This document shows, piece by piece, positions 14,965 to 24,912 of a DNA stretch of 28,377 bases. The notes beneath the pieces were generated by a model that made no database searches, was not told the origin of the DNA, and worked only from the letters and a program-made list of their open reading frames with translations. A program made the position numbers and the translations under genes. Origin of the DNA: Candidatus Methylomirabilota bacterium (lineage in GTDB: Bacteria > Methylomirabilota > Methylomirabilia > Rokubacteriales > CSP1-6); NCBI GenBank assembly GCA_046723475.1, contig JBKOUQ010000042.1:1-28377 (forward strand), written 5' to 3'. The stretch's first letter is position 1. Each line of letters starts with the position of its first letter.

Positions 14965-17301
14965 TTACAGTACGCGGAGGGCGCGGAGGACGCGCTCGGG
15001 CGTAATCGGCTGCTCGGTGAGGACGGCGCCGAGCGGCGCCAGCGCGTCGTTGATCGCATTCAGAATCGCCGCCGGCGCACCGGTGGTTCCCGCTTCACCG
15101 GCGCCCTTGTAGCCGCCCGCGATCGACGGCGCGGGCGTCTGCAGGTGATGTAGCTCGAGCGCGGGAACGTCGGTCGCGGTGGGCACCGCGTACTCCATCA
15201 GCGTGCCGCAGAGCGGCTGGCCGGCATCGTCGTACACGCAATGCTCCATGAGTGCGCCGCCGAGGCCCTGGGCCATGCCGCCGGCGATCTGGCCCTCGAC
15301 GAGCGCGGGATTCACGAGGCGACCGCAGTCGTCCACCGTGACGTAGCGTACGACCCGGACCCGCCCGGTCTCGACGTCGACGTCGACGACGGCGAGATGC
15401 GCGCCGTTCGTGAACGTCCACGGCTGGGCGTTCGTGAAGTGCACGGTCGCGTCGAGCGTGGGCTCCGCACCCTTCAGCTCGTTGCTCCGAAAATGCACGG
15501 CGCGCGCGAGCGCGCCGAGCGTCAGACCACGATCCGGCGCACCGCGGACGTGCGCACGCCCGTCCGCGAGCTCGATGTCCTCGGCGTGCGCCTCGAGCAG
15601 CGTGGCGGCGACGCGCCGAACCTTCTCCGCGAGCGCGCGCGACGCCAGCAGCGTGGCGCTGCCGCCGATCGGCGTCCCGCGGCTGCCCCACGTGCCGCCG
15701 CCGTAGGGCATCAGCGCGGTGTCGCCCGAGCGCACGGCGACGTCGCCCGGCGCGATCCCGAGCTCGTCGGCGACGATCTGCGCGAACGCCGTCGGCGTGC
15801 CCTGACCCTGATCGGTCACGCCGGCGAGCACGGTGACGGCGCCCGAGGGCTCGAGCCGCAGCGTGGCGGCGTCCTGCCCCGAAATCGGCGCGCCTCCGAT
15901 CCCATAGAATTGCGCGCCGGGACCCGTGAGCTCGATGAAGCACGAGAGCCCGATGCCCATGTGCCGGCCCTGGGCGCGGGCCGCCTGCTGCTCGCGACGC
16001 AGGTCGTCGTACTTCGCCACGTCGAGCAGCCGCGCGAGTGCGGCGTGATACGAGCCGCTGTCATAGACGTTGCCGGTGGCCGAGGTGTACGGCAGCTCGT
16101 CTGATCGCACGAGGTTACGTCGCCGCACCTCCGCCGGATCCAGGCCGACGTCGCGCGCGATCGTGTCGAGCATCGACTCGGTCACCGCGGTGGCGATCGG
16201 ATGCCCGACCGCGCGGTACTGTGACGTGATCACCTTGTTCTGCGCGACGACCCGTAGCGCGCCATCGTAATGCCGCAGGCGGTACGGTCCGGGCAGCAGC
16301 CGCAGCACCTGGCCGCCCTCGACGACGCTCGAGCGTGGATACGCAGAGTACGGCCCGACCGCGGCGGTGATGCGCGCACGCATCGCGCTGACGACGCCCT
16401 CCTCGCCGGCGGCGACCTCGACATCGACCGTCTGCTCGCGCGCGTGGATGTCGGAGACGAACGACTCCCGACGGGTCGCGACCCACTTGACCGGACGGCC
16501 GAGGGCGAGGGCGAGCGCGATCGCGGCCAGATCGTCCTGATAGACGTGGATCTTGATCCCGAACGAGCCGCCCACGTCCGGCGCGATGACGCGCACGCGG
16601 TGCTCGGGCAGCGCGAAGAGCTCGGCCAGCACGGCCTGCATCATGTGCGGCACCTGCGTGGAGATCCACACCGTGAGCGCCCGCGTCGCCGGCTCGAAGT
16701 CGGCCACGAGCGCCCGCGGCTCGAGCGGCACGCCCGTGTGCCGGCCGGTGGTGAAGCGCCGGCGCCAGACGCGCGGCGCCGACGCGAACGCCGCATCGGG
16801 CTCGCCGCCGTTCAGCCGAGTCTCGTACATGACGTTGTCGCCAAGCTCGGGGTGGATGACCGGGGCACCGGGCGCCGTCGCCGCGTCGGGATCGAGCACG
16901 GCGGGCAGCGGCGCGTACTCGACACGAACGCACGCCGCCGCGTCGTGCGCCGCCGCCGCGCTCTCGGCGGCGATCGCGACCACGGGCTCGCCGACACACC
17001 GCACCCGCTCGACGGCCAGCGGCTGCATCGCCCCCGTCTTCATGCCGCGATAGTGGTGCAGGATGCCGCGATATGGCTTGCACAGACGCGCGGCCTCGAT
17101 GCCGGTCAGTACGCGGACGACGCCCGAAGCGAGTGCGGCCGCGCTGACATCGAGGTCCGTGATCGTCGCGTGCGCGTGCGAGCTGCGCACGAACGCGACG
17201 TGAACCATGCGCGGCAGCGTGATGTCGTCGACGTAGCGGCCGCGGCCCGTCAGCAGGCGCGGATCGTCCAGGCGCTTGAGCGGCGCGCCGACGTGCGGCA
17301 T
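14965..17301 (-). CDS. Xanthine dehydrogenase/aldehyde oxidase-family molybdopterin-binding large subunit (CoxL/XdhA-like), substrate unknown
   Basis: N-terminus MPHVGAPLKRLDDPRLLTGRGRYVDDI, the DVGGSFGIK motif (GGxFGxK), a QYRAVGHP active-site loop region, and a C-terminal domain typical of the family; 778 aa. No adjacent 2Fe-2S small subunit or FAD medium subunit is present. Confidence 0.85.
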   Translation of the reverse strand: MPHVGAPLKRLDDPRLLTGRGRYVDDITLPRMVHVAFVRSSHAHATITDLDVSAAALASGVVRVLTGIEAARLCKPYRGILHHYRGMKTGAMQPLAVERVRCVGEPVVAIAAESAAAAHDAAACVRVEYAPLPAVLDPDAATAPGAPVIHPELGDNVMYETRLNGGEPDAAFASAPRVWRRRFTTGRHTGVPLEPRALVADFEPATRALTVWISTQVPHMMQAVLAELFALPEHRVRVIAPDVGGSFGIKIHVYQDDLAAIALALALGRPVKWVATRRESFVSDIHAREQTVDVEVAAGEEGVVSAMRARITAAVGPYSAYPRSSVVEGGQVLRLLPGPYRLRHYDGALRVVAQNKVITSQYRAVGHPIATAVTESMLDTIARDVGLDPAEVRRRNLVRSDELPYTSATGNVYDSGSYHAALARLLDVAKYDDLRREQQAARAQGRHMGIGLSCFIELTGPGAQFYGIGGAPISGQDAATLRLEPSGAVTVLAGVTDQGQGTPTAFAQIVADELGIAPGDVAVRSGDTALMPYGGGTWGSRGTPIGGSATLLASRALAEKVRRVAATLLEAHAEDIELADGRAHVRGAPDRGLTLGALARAVHFRSNELKGAEPTLDATVHFTNAQPWTFTNGAHLAVVDVDVETGRVRVVRYVTVDDCGRLVNPALVEGQIAGGMAQGLGGALMEHCVYDDAGQPLCGTLMEYAVPTATDVPALELHHLQTPAPSIAGGYKGAGEAGTTGAPAAILNAINDALAPLGAVLTEQPITPERVLRALRVL

Positions 17302-17414
17302 GGGCGGCAGCGTAGCACCTGGCGTCAGGGGTCGTCTCGTGGCTATGATTGGCGCCACACTTCGCCGCACGCCTGCGTGAGGTGTGAAGTGCGCAGCGCT
17401 CACAGGAGGTTTCC

Positions 17415-17876
17415 ATGGCGGTTAAAGTGCTCGAGCTCCATCATCACGGCATTCGCGTCGGCCCGTCCGCGGACGACGTCGCGAAGGCGCGCCGCTTCTA
17501 CGGCGACGTCCTCGGCCTCGACCACGATCCCGGCCGCCCGAACATCCCGACGATCGACGGCTACTGGATGGACGTGGGAGGTACGGCGCAGATCCATCTC
17601 ATGGGCGTGAGCGGGCAGTCGAAATTCGCGAAGGGACCGGGGCAGGATCCGTCGATGCCGCACGTCGCGCTGGCCGTGGCCGATATCCAGGAGACGCGCA
17701 AGGAGCTGGAACGGCTGGGCGTGAGCTACTGGGTGGCCGAGAGCGTGGTCGGCCCGGAATCGCTGCAGATCTTCATGAAGGACCCGTTCGGAAACATGAT
17801 CGAGCTGCACCAGGTCGACACGTGTCGATGCGTGACCGCGCGACGGCCCGCGGCCGGCGGCAAGGCGATGGCGTGA
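17415..17876 (+). CDS. VOC-family protein (glyoxalase/dioxygenase-like), divergent from the molybdopterin subunit gene
   Basis: MAVKVLELHHHGIRVGPSADDVAKARRFYGDVLGL...PHVALAVADIQETRKELERLGV...FMKDPFGNMIELHQV. AGGAGGT SD lies 4 nt upstream of ATG 17415. Confidence 0.8.
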   Translation: MAVKVLELHHHGIRVGPSADDVAKARRFYGDVLGLDHDPGRPNIPTIDGYWMDVGGTAQIHLMGVSGQSKFAKGPGQDPSMPHVALAVADIQETRKELERLGVSYWVAESVVGPESLQIFMKDPFGNMIELHQVDTCRCVTARRPAAGGKAMA

Positions 17877-17889
17877 GCGCGCGGTCGGG

Positions 17890-18771
17890 CTAGCGCCGCC
17901 TGACCGCGGCCCACGCCGTCACGGCGACGAGGCCCGACGTCAGCAGCGCCAGTGAGGCGGGCTCGGGCACGCGCGGGGTATCGAAGAACTTCCACTCCTC
18001 GAAGCCGTCGTTGCCGTGCGAGTACTCCGTATAGAGCACGAAATAGTCCGTCGGACTGTGGCTTCCGAGCAGCCTCACGGGAATCATCACGCCGAGATCG
18101 CCGTGGCCGCTGCCGCACTGACCGTTTGTATCGCAAATGCTGGCCTGCAGAACAATGGTGACGTCCCCGTTCAGCGCGCTGTCCAACGTCCAGACCGGTG
18201 CATAAGTCAGCAAGCTCGGAGCCGTCCCGCCGCCCTGGGAGTCGTACAGGTTGTTGAACGGCGTTCCGGTATAGCCCGTACCATTGACGCCGGTACCCGT
18301 CGCTTCGGGGTTGGCCAGGTTGGGATCGGAGCCGATATAGATCTCGAGCTCGGTGATGTTGATCTGGTTGCGCGGGCACGTGGCGCACGCGTACTGGTTC
18401 GCGTCCACGGACAACCAATAGTAGCCGTTGATCGGCGTGAGATCGCTGAACTGGACGGAATGCGTCCAGATGCCTTCCTTCGTGTTGAAGTTGATACTGG
18501 GATTCGAAGCGTCGGTGTTGAAGCCGTTCTCGACGCCTCCCCCACCCCCGCTCGAGCGCTGGGTGCGCAGGAATGGCTGGAACACGCCGGTGCCGGTCGC
18601 CGGCGGGCTCGGGTTGGGGTCGCCGACGAAGATCGTGCCGTCTGCCGTGCTTCCGGTATCGCCGACATCGAGGATCGAAATCGTCTGGGTGGGGACCGCG
18701 GCCGCATAGCCGCTCGCGAATGGACCCACCAGAAAGAGACCAACCAATAGGAGGCAACCGATAACGTTCAT
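17890..18771 (-). CDS. PEP-CTERM sorting-signal domain protein (exosortase substrate), Gly/Thr/Asn-rich secreted protein
   Basis: Signal peptide MNVIGCLLLVGLFLVGPFASGYAAA. C-terminus VPEPASLALLTSGLVAVTAWAAVRRR is the PEP motif plus a TM helix plus an Arg cluster. GC and GC3 are visibly lower than in flanking genes. ATG 18771 has GAGGTGG upstream. The ORF-track GTG at 18795 is rejected. Confidence 0.8.
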   Translation of the reverse strand: MNVIGCLLLVGLFLVGPFASGYAAAVPTQTISILDVGDTGSTADGTIFVGDPNPSPPATGTGVFQPFLRTQRSSGGGGGVENGFNTDASNPSINFNTKEGIWTHSVQFSDLTPINGYYWLSVDANQYACATCPRNQINITELEIYIGSDPNLANPEATGTGVNGTGYTGTPFNNLYDSQGGGTAPSLLTYAPVWTLDSALNGDVTIVLQASICDTNGQCGSGHGDLGVMIPVRLLGSHSPTDYFVLYTEYSHGNDGFEEWKFFDTPRVPEPASLALLTSGLVAVTAWAAVRRR

Positions 18772-19026
18772 TTTCCACCTCGGCGTAAATGCCACACTTC
18801 GCGAGACTGTGGGGCAACGAGCGAGCCGAAGGTCAGACCGGGCGTAAAGGTGCCTCTGGGGTCTCGGCTAACACCATCAGCAGGCCGCGGCGAGGCAGCT
18901 GTCAAACCTTTCGGACATTTCTGGGCGGTCGAATGGCGTCCATAGTTCGTGTCCGGGACTGACGATCTGCCCGCGCATGTCGGCGGCCGAGCAGGCACGA
19001 CTCCCGGTGCTAGACTCGGCGTCCTG

Positions 19027-20214
19027 ATGATGGCGACAGCGCCGGATCAACGCATGCTCGAGATCGCGACGCGGCTCGCCCGTGACGAACTGGCGCCACG
19101 TGCGTCTCAGTACGACCGCGACGCCAGGAATCCCCTCGACAGCTGGCGCGCGCTGGCCGGCGCGGGACTCCTGGGCGTTGCCATCCCTCGCGCGCACGGC
19201 GGCGTGGCCCTCGACATGCCGACCTACGTCGGCGTCATCCGGACGCTCGCCGGCGCGTGTGCCAGCACCGCGATGACGCTGCACATGCACTCCACGGTGA
19301 TGAGGTTCATCGATGCACTCGGAACCGACGCGCAAAAGGCCCGGTACTTCCCCGAGGTCGTCACGCGCGGCAAGCTGTTCGGCTCGTGGGGCAGCGAACC
19401 GGCCGTGAGCCTGTCGCGGACGTTCGTGATGGAGACCGCCATCCGTGAGCGCGGTGACGGCTGGGTGATCGACGGCGTGAAACACTTCTGCACGATGGCG
19501 CTCGGCGCATCGTACTCCATGGTCTGGTGCGCGCTCGACGGCGGCGGCGACATGGCGAAGGCGCTGCTGCTCGCACTGGTCCCGGCGGGCGCGCACGGCA
19601 TGACGACCGACGGGCGGTGGGACACGCTCGGCATGCGTGGCACCTACAGCCCGTCGGTGACGTTCACGGGCGTGCGGGTGGGCGCAGACGCGACGCTCGG
19701 CCTGCCGGGTGCCGCGGTGCAGGTCGGTGTGATCGAGAGCTTCGCGCTCGGCTACGCCGCGGTGTACGTCGGCATCGCGGAGGCGGCTCTCGATTTCGCG
19801 CTGCAGTTTCTCCGCAAGCGTGTCGTAAAGCCGGAGAACGTCTCGGTCGCGCAGGATCCGACCGTGCAGCGCCACGTTGGCGAGATGGCCGTCCGGCTCG
19901 ATGCCGCGCGGCTGGTGCTCGAGCAGTCGGCCGCGGGCTGGGACGCCGCCGACATCGTCGAGCGCGGTCTCCTCGCCAATCGCGCGAAGTACCTCGCCAC
20001 GGAGGTCGGGCTCGAGGTCACCTCGCGCGTGATCCAGACCGTCGGCGGGCGCGGCGCGTACCGCGATTTCGTCGCGGAGCGCGCGTTTCGCGACATGCGT
20101 ACGGCGACGCTGATGCCGCCGACCACCGACCGGATGCTCGAGACGATCGGCAAGAGCGCGCTGGGGCTGACCGAGGGCATGTTCCGCGTCGCGGGCGGCC
20201 GGGCGGGCGCGTGA
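19027..20214 (+). CDS. Acyl-CoA dehydrogenase-fold protein, likely a group-D flavin-dependent monooxygenase (DszC/SfnB/nitrososynthase-like) rather than a true ACAD
   Basis: [12 protein letters not shown] (compare DszC GTKHFCSGA), [18 protein letters not shown] (compare IGMRQTDSGSTDFHNVKV), and no C-terminal YEGT catalytic-Glu motif. Paralog of 24913..26094. Start taken at MMATAPDQ (ATG 19027). Confidence 0.8.
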   Translation: MMATAPDQRMLEIATRLARDELAPRASQYDRDARNPLDSWRALAGAGLLGVAIPRAHGGVALDMPTYVGVIRTLAGACASTAMTLHMHSTVMRFIDALGTDAQKARYFPEVVTRGKLFGSWGSEPAVSLSRTFVMETAIRERGDGWVIDGVKHFCTMALGASYSMVWCALDGGGDMAKALLLALVPAGAHGMTTDGRWDTLGMRGTYSPSVTFTGVRVGADATLGLPGAAVQVGVIESFALGYAAVYVGIAEAALDFALQFLRKRVVKPENVSVAQDPTVQRHVGEMAVRLDAARLVLEQSAAGWDAADIVERGLLANRAKYLATEVGLEVTSRVIQTVGGRGAYRDFVAERAFRDMRTATLMPPTTDRMLETIGKSALGLTEGMFRVAGGRAGA

Positions 20215-20218
20215 GCCA

Positions 20219-21757
20219 ATGAGCGTGACGCGGCCGTTCACGGGTGCGGAGTACCTCGAGAGCCTGCACGACGGGCGCGAGGTATGGATCTACGGCGAGC
20301 GCGTCCGCGACGTCACGACGCACCCGGCGTTTCGCAATCCGGCGCGCATGCTCGCGCGGCTCTACGACGCGCTCCACGACGCCGCCGCCCAGCCGGTGCT
20401 GACGTGTCCGACCGACACCCGCAGCGGTGGCTTCACGCACCGTTTTTTCCGCGCGCCCGGCACGATCGACGATCTGGTCGCGGCGCGCGACGCGATCGCG
20501 GCCTGGGCGCGCCTGACATACGGGTGGATGGGCCGCTCGCCTGACTACAAGGCGGCGTTTCTCGCCACGCTCGGCGCCAACGCCGAGTTCTACGCGCCGT
20601 ACCAGGACAACGCTCGGCGCTGGTACGTCGCCGCGCAGGAGCGTGTGCTCTATCTCAATCACGCGCTCGTGCAGCCGCCGGTCGACCGCCATCGGCCCAC
20701 CGACGCGGTGGCCGACGTCTACGTGCACGTCGAGAAGGAAACCGACGCCGGACTCGTCGTCAGCGGCGCCAAGGTCGTGGCAACGGGCTCGGCGCTGACC
20801 CACGCCAACTTCATCGCCCACCCGACGACAACGGTCATCAAGACCAAGGAGTTCGGGGCGGTGTTCATCGCGCCGATGGACACGCCGGGCGTCAAGCTGA
20901 TCTGCCGGCCGTCCTACGCGATGAGCGCGGAGATCATGGGCAGCCCGTTCGACTATCCGCTCGCCAGCCGCATGGACGAGAACGACGCGATCCTCGTCCT
21001 CGACCACGCGCTCGTGCGCTGGGAAAACGTGCTCGTCTACGAGGATCTCGAAAAGTCGGCGACGTTCTTCCAGCACTCCGGCTTCTTCCCGCGCGCGATG
21101 CTGCACGGCTGCACGCGGCTGGCCGTCAAGCTCGACTTCGTCGTCGGCCTGATGCTCAAGGCCGCGGACGCCGTCGGCTCCGCCGAGCCGCGCCACATCC
21201 AGTCGTCGATCGGCGAAGCGATCGCGTGGCGCAACCTGTTCTGGGGCCTGAGCGATGCGATGGCGCGCGGCGCGGTGCCGTGGGCGGGCACGACCGTGCT
21301 GCCGAACCCGGAATACGCGCAGGCCTACCGCCTCTTCGCGACGATCGCGTGGCCGCGCGTGAAGGAGATCGCCGAGAGCATCTTCGGCAGCGCGCTGATC
21401 TACCTGAACTCGCATGCGGTGGATTTCAAGACGCCGGAGCTCCGCGGCTACCTCGACCGCTATCTGCGCGGCTCGGACGGCACCAGCGCGGTCGAGCGGG
21501 CCAAGCTGATGAAGCTGCTCTGGGATGCGCTCGGGACCGAGTTCGGCGGCCGCCACGAGCTCTACGAGCGGAATTACGCGGGCGCGCCCGAGACGATCCG
21601 CTATCTGACCTGGCAGATGGCCCAGACCAGTGGTGCGGCGCGCCGGTTTCGCGAGTTCGCCGAGCGGTGTCTGAGCGAGTACGACCTGGACGGCTGGACG
21701 GCGCCGGATCTCATCACGCCGCGGGACGTCAACCGATTCCTCCAGAAGGACGGCTGA
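20219..21757 (+). CDS. 4-hydroxyphenylacetate 3-monooxygenase oxygenase-component (HpaB)-family flavin-dependent monooxygenase
   Basis: 512 aa starting [50 protein letters not shown], with HpaB-family N- and C-terminal architecture. ATG lies 4 nt after the stop of the upstream ACAD-fold gene. Confidence 0.85.
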   Translation: MSVTRPFTGAEYLESLHDGREVWIYGERVRDVTTHPAFRNPARMLARLYDALHDAAAQPVLTCPTDTRSGGFTHRFFRAPGTIDDLVAARDAIAAWARLTYGWMGRSPDYKAAFLATLGANAEFYAPYQDNARRWYVAAQERVLYLNHALVQPPVDRHRPTDAVADVYVHVEKETDAGLVVSGAKVVATGSALTHANFIAHPTTTVIKTKEFGAVFIAPMDTPGVKLICRPSYAMSAEIMGSPFDYPLASRMDENDAILVLDHALVRWENVLVYEDLEKSATFFQHSGFFPRAMLHGCTRLAVKLDFVVGLMLKAADAVGSAEPRHIQSSIGEAIAWRNLFWGLSDAMARGAVPWAGTTVLPNPEYAQAYRLFATIAWPRVKEIAESIFGSALIYLNSHAVDFKTPELRGYLDRYLRGSDGTSAVERAKLMKLLWDALGTEFGGRHELYERNYAGAPETIRYLTWQMAQTSGAARRFREFAERCLSEYDLDGWTAPDLITPRDVNRFLQKDG

Positions 21758-21798
21758 AAATGGCGGCTGGCGGCCGCCGGCGCGGATAAGATGGGCGC

Positions 21799-23058
21799 GT
21801 GCGACGCGCGAGTCGTGGCGGCACCGTGAGGCAGCGGCTGCGGACGCTGTTCGTCCTGACGGCGGCGGTCGGGCTGGCGCTGGTGGCGTGCAACCGCGGC
21901 TCGGGCCCCGCCCTCACGGTGGTCATCGCCGAGTACAGCAAAGATCACACGCGCGCGTTCTGGCAGAACCTGGCCGAGCAGTACACGAAGCAGGGCGGCC
22001 CGAAGGTGGATCTGCGGATCATCGACTGGAACTCGATCGATCAGCAGGTCAGCACGATGATCCAGAACAACCAGCCGCCCGACGTGCTCAACCTCAACTC
22101 GTTCTCGTCTTACGCGCGCGACGGGCTCCTCTACCCGGCCGATGACGTCGTCTCCCCGAACACACGCGACGACTTCCTCGACGCCTTCGCGCGCGGCGGC
22201 CAGTACCAGGGCAAGCTGTACGGGCTGCCCATCCTCTCGAGCGCGCGCGCGTTCTTCTACAACCGCGAGCTGTTCGAGCGGGCCGGCATCGCCGCGCCGC
22301 CCAAGACCTGGGACGAGTTCGTAGAGACGGCGAAGAAGGTCCAGGCGCTCGGTGCCGGCATCGTCGGCTATGCGCTGCCGCTGGGACCCGAGGAGGCGCA
22401 AGCGGAGTGGTCGATCTGGATGTGGAATGGGGGCGGCGACTGGAAGGCCGGCGACGCGTGGGCGATCAACAGCGAGCCGAACGTCCGCACCCTCGGCTTC
22501 CTCGCCGATCTCGCGAATCGGCACCGCGTGACGCAGGTCAACCCCGGCAAAACCAACCGGACCGATGGCGCGTTCCAGCTCTTCAAGGATGGCAAGGTCG
22601 GCATGGTGATGGGCTTCAGCCCGCTCGCCAAGCAGCTCGACGCCGAGGGCAAGGTCAAGTACGGCGTCGCCGAGATGCCCACCACGCAGCCGCGAGCGAT
22701 CACGCTCGGTGTCGAAGACTACTTGATGGCGTTCAAGAAGAAGGACAACCGCGAGGCCGTGAAGAAGTTCCTCGACCTCTACTACCAGCCCGACAACATC
22801 ACGAAATGGATCACCGCCGAGGGCTTTCTGCCGGTCACCAAGTCCGGACTCGAGCGCATGCGCGCGAACGCGGCCCTGACGCCGTACCTCGACGCGCTCC
22901 CGAACGCGCGGCTCGTGCCCACGACGGACCCCGCGTGGGATCGCGTCAAGCTCGACGTCCAGCAAAACATCGGGCTCGCCGTCCAGCCCGGCGGCAATCC
23001 CAAAGAGGTGCTCGACCAGCTTCAACGCAACGCCGTCGCTGCCGCGGCGGCGCGCTGA
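21799..23058 (+). CDS. Sugar ABC transporter substrate-binding lipoprotein (CUT1 family)
   Basis: Lipobox LALVAC after a basic n-region, then an SBP_bac_1-like body (KVDLRIIDWNS..., GKLYGLP). GTG start; alternative GTG 21826. Confidence 0.85.
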   Translation: MRRASRGGTVRQRLRTLFVLTAAVGLALVACNRGSGPALTVVIAEYSKDHTRAFWQNLAEQYTKQGGPKVDLRIIDWNSIDQQVSTMIQNNQPPDVLNLNSFSSYARDGLLYPADDVVSPNTRDDFLDAFARGGQYQGKLYGLPILSSARAFFYNRELFERAGIAAPPKTWDEFVETAKKVQALGAGIVGYALPLGPEEAQAEWSIWMWNGGGDWKAGDAWAINSEPNVRTLGFLADLANRHRVTQVNPGKTNRTDGAFQLFKDGKVGMVMGFSPLAKQLDAEGKVKYGVAEMPTTQPRAITLGVEDYLMAFKKKDNREAVKKFLDLYYQPDNITKWITAEGFLPVTKSGLERMRANAALTPYLDALPNARLVPTTDPAWDRVKLDVQQNIGLAVQPGGNPKEVLDQLQRNAVAAAAAR

Positions 23059-23080
23059 CACGCCACATCCCGCGCGGCGC

Positions 23081-23977
23081 GTGAGAGCCCGGCGGTGGCG
23101 CGCGCTGCTCTGGCTCGGCCCGAGCCTGCTGCTGATCGCGGGCGTGGTCTTCTATCCGGCCGTCGCGCTCGTGCGCTCCTCGCTCGGACGCTACTCCGTG
23201 ACCGGCCTCTTCCAGGGATCCGTTGGCGTCGCGAACTACGCGCGGCTGCTCGAGCAGCCCGCGCTGTCGACGGTGCTCGTCAATACGGCGACGTGGGTGA
23301 CCGCGGTCGTGGGCGTGACCGTCGCCGTCTCGCTGGCGCTCGCGCAACTCCTGCACCAGGACTTTCCCGGCCGCACGCTCGTGCGCTGGGCGCTCATCGT
23401 GCCGTGGGCCGCCTCGCTCATCATGACCAGCAAGCTCTTCGTGTGGATCTACGACTACTACTTCGGTGTCCTCAACCATCTTCTGACGTCGGTGGGCGTG
23501 CTGTCCCGGCCGATCGACTGGCTCGGCGACGATGCGACCGTGATGGGGGCGATGATCGCGGTCGGCATCTTCGTCTCGCTGCCATTCACGACGTACGTGC
23601 TGCTGGCCGGGCTGGCGGGCATTCCGGGCGAGGTCTACGAGGCCGCACGCGTGGACGGCGCGTCGGCGTGGACGACGTACCGGCTGGTGACCCTGCCGCT
23701 GCTCCAACCCGCGCTCCTCGTGGCCGTCGTGCTCAACGTGATCTACGTGTTCAATTCGTTTCCGATCGTGTGGACGCTCAACGACCGCAACCCGGGCTTC
23801 GCGCACGACACGATGATCACGTACATGTACAAGATCGCCTTCAAGAGCGCGCTGCGTGACGTCGGCCTCGCCGCCGCGCTCGGCGTCGTGAACGTCGCGC
23901 TCATCCTGCTCGCCGTCTTTGCGTATCTGAAGACCATACGCTGGGACGACGGCGCGCCCGCGGCGGGGAGGGCGTGA
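23081..23977 (+). CDS. CUT1-family ABC transporter permease (MalF-like)
   Basis: Six TM segments and EAA loop YEAARVDGASAWTTYRLVTLPLLQP. GTG start. Confidence 0.85.
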   Translation: MRARRWRALLWLGPSLLLIAGVVFYPAVALVRSSLGRYSVTGLFQGSVGVANYARLLEQPALSTVLVNTATWVTAVVGVTVAVSLALAQLLHQDFPGRTLVRWALIVPWAASLIMTSKLFVWIYDYYFGVLNHLLTSVGVLSRPIDWLGDDATVMGAMIAVGIFVSLPFTTYVLLAGLAGIPGEVYEAARVDGASAWTTYRLVTLPLLQPALLVAVVLNVIYVFNSFPIVWTLNDRNPGFAHDTMITYMYKIAFKSALRDVGLAAALGVVNVALILLAVFAYLKTIRWDDGAPAAGRA

Positions 23978-24790
23978 ATGCGCCGCGCCGCGCTGAGCTT
24001 GGCGGGGATCGTGCTCGCGTGTGTCGTGCTTGCCCCCTACGTGGTGATGGTGCTCACCGCGCTCAAACCGGACGCCGAGCTGCGCGTGACCCCACCCCGG
24101 ATCGCACCCCAAACCTGGCGGCCCAGCAATTTCTGGGACGTCGTCTCGGACCCGGCCTTCGCCGACTGGCTGCGTGTCTCGCTCGTCGTGGCCGGGGTGT
24201 CGACGGTCATCGTCGTGCTGGCCGCGGCGCCGGCTGCCTACTACACCGCGCGCCACCGTTTTCCAGGGCGTACCGCGTTCCTGTTCGTCGTGCTCGTGAC
24301 CCAGATGTTCTCGCCAACCGCGCTCGTCGTCGGCCTCTACCGCGAGTTCTTCGAGCTGGACCTGGTGAATACCTACGCGGCGCTGATCCTGACCAACGCC
24401 GCCTTCAACCTCGCCTTCGCCATCTGGATCCTGCGCGCCTTTTTCGCCTCCATCCCGCGCGAGATCGAGGAGGCCGCGGCGGTGGACGGCTGCGGCCGGC
24501 TCGGCGTCCTCGCCCGCGTCATCCTCCCGTTGTCCGGGCCGGGTCTCGTCACTGCCGTGATCTTCGCGTTCATCGCCGCCTGGAACGAATACATCGTCGC
24601 GCTGACGCTGATGACGGCGCCGGAGCGTAAGCCGCTCACCGTCGGCATCACGTCGTACGTGACGGCGTACGTGCAGCACTGGAACCACCTCTTCGCGGCG
24701 TCCACGCTCGCGATCGTGCCCGTCGTGGTGCTCTTCGCGTTGATCGAGCGCCATCTGGTGGGCGGGCTCACCGCCGGCAGCGTCAAATAG
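23978..24790 (+). CDS. CUT1-family ABC transporter permease (MalG-like)
   Basis: EAA loop EEAAAVDGCGRLGVLARVILPLSGPG. ATG abuts the upstream TGA (TGAATG). GGGGAGGG SD upstream. Confidence 0.85.
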   Translation: MRRAALSLAGIVLACVVLAPYVVMVLTALKPDAELRVTPPRIAPQTWRPSNFWDVVSDPAFADWLRVSLVVAGVSTVIVVLAAAPAAYYTARHRFPGRTAFLFVVLVTQMFSPTALVVGLYREFFELDLVNTYAALILTNAAFNLAFAIWILRAFFASIPREIEEAAAVDGCGRLGVLARVILPLSGPGLVTAVIFAFIAAWNEYIVALTLMTAPERKPLTVGITSYVTAYVQHWNHLFAASTLAIVPVVVLFALIERHLVGGLTAGSVK

Positions 24791-24912
24791 CCGCGCGCCG
24801 CCGCGGGCTGACGATCGCGCACTCGGCGGGTCCCATGTCCGGTGACGCTGGGATCGCCGTAGCGCGCGCCCGGCGAGGCGCGAGTGTGGCGCTATGCTAT
24901 CGTCCTCGCGAG

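Noticed and set aside
18772-19026. Possible tRNA or sRNA in the 255-nt spacer (agttcgtgtccggga resembles a T-arm)
   Set aside because: No acceptor-stem or anticodon-stem complementarity can be built around it, and GTTCGTGTCC lacks flanking complementary arms. It is more likely plain promoter DNA. No tRNA-like cloverleaf was found in the other long spacers either (12463..12668, 14781..14964).
21758-21798. GGCGGCCGCC palindrome after the HpaB-like gene as a terminator
   Set aside because: A 10-bp even palindrome can form only a 4-bp stem around a 2-nt loop. It is too weak, and composition alone explains it.
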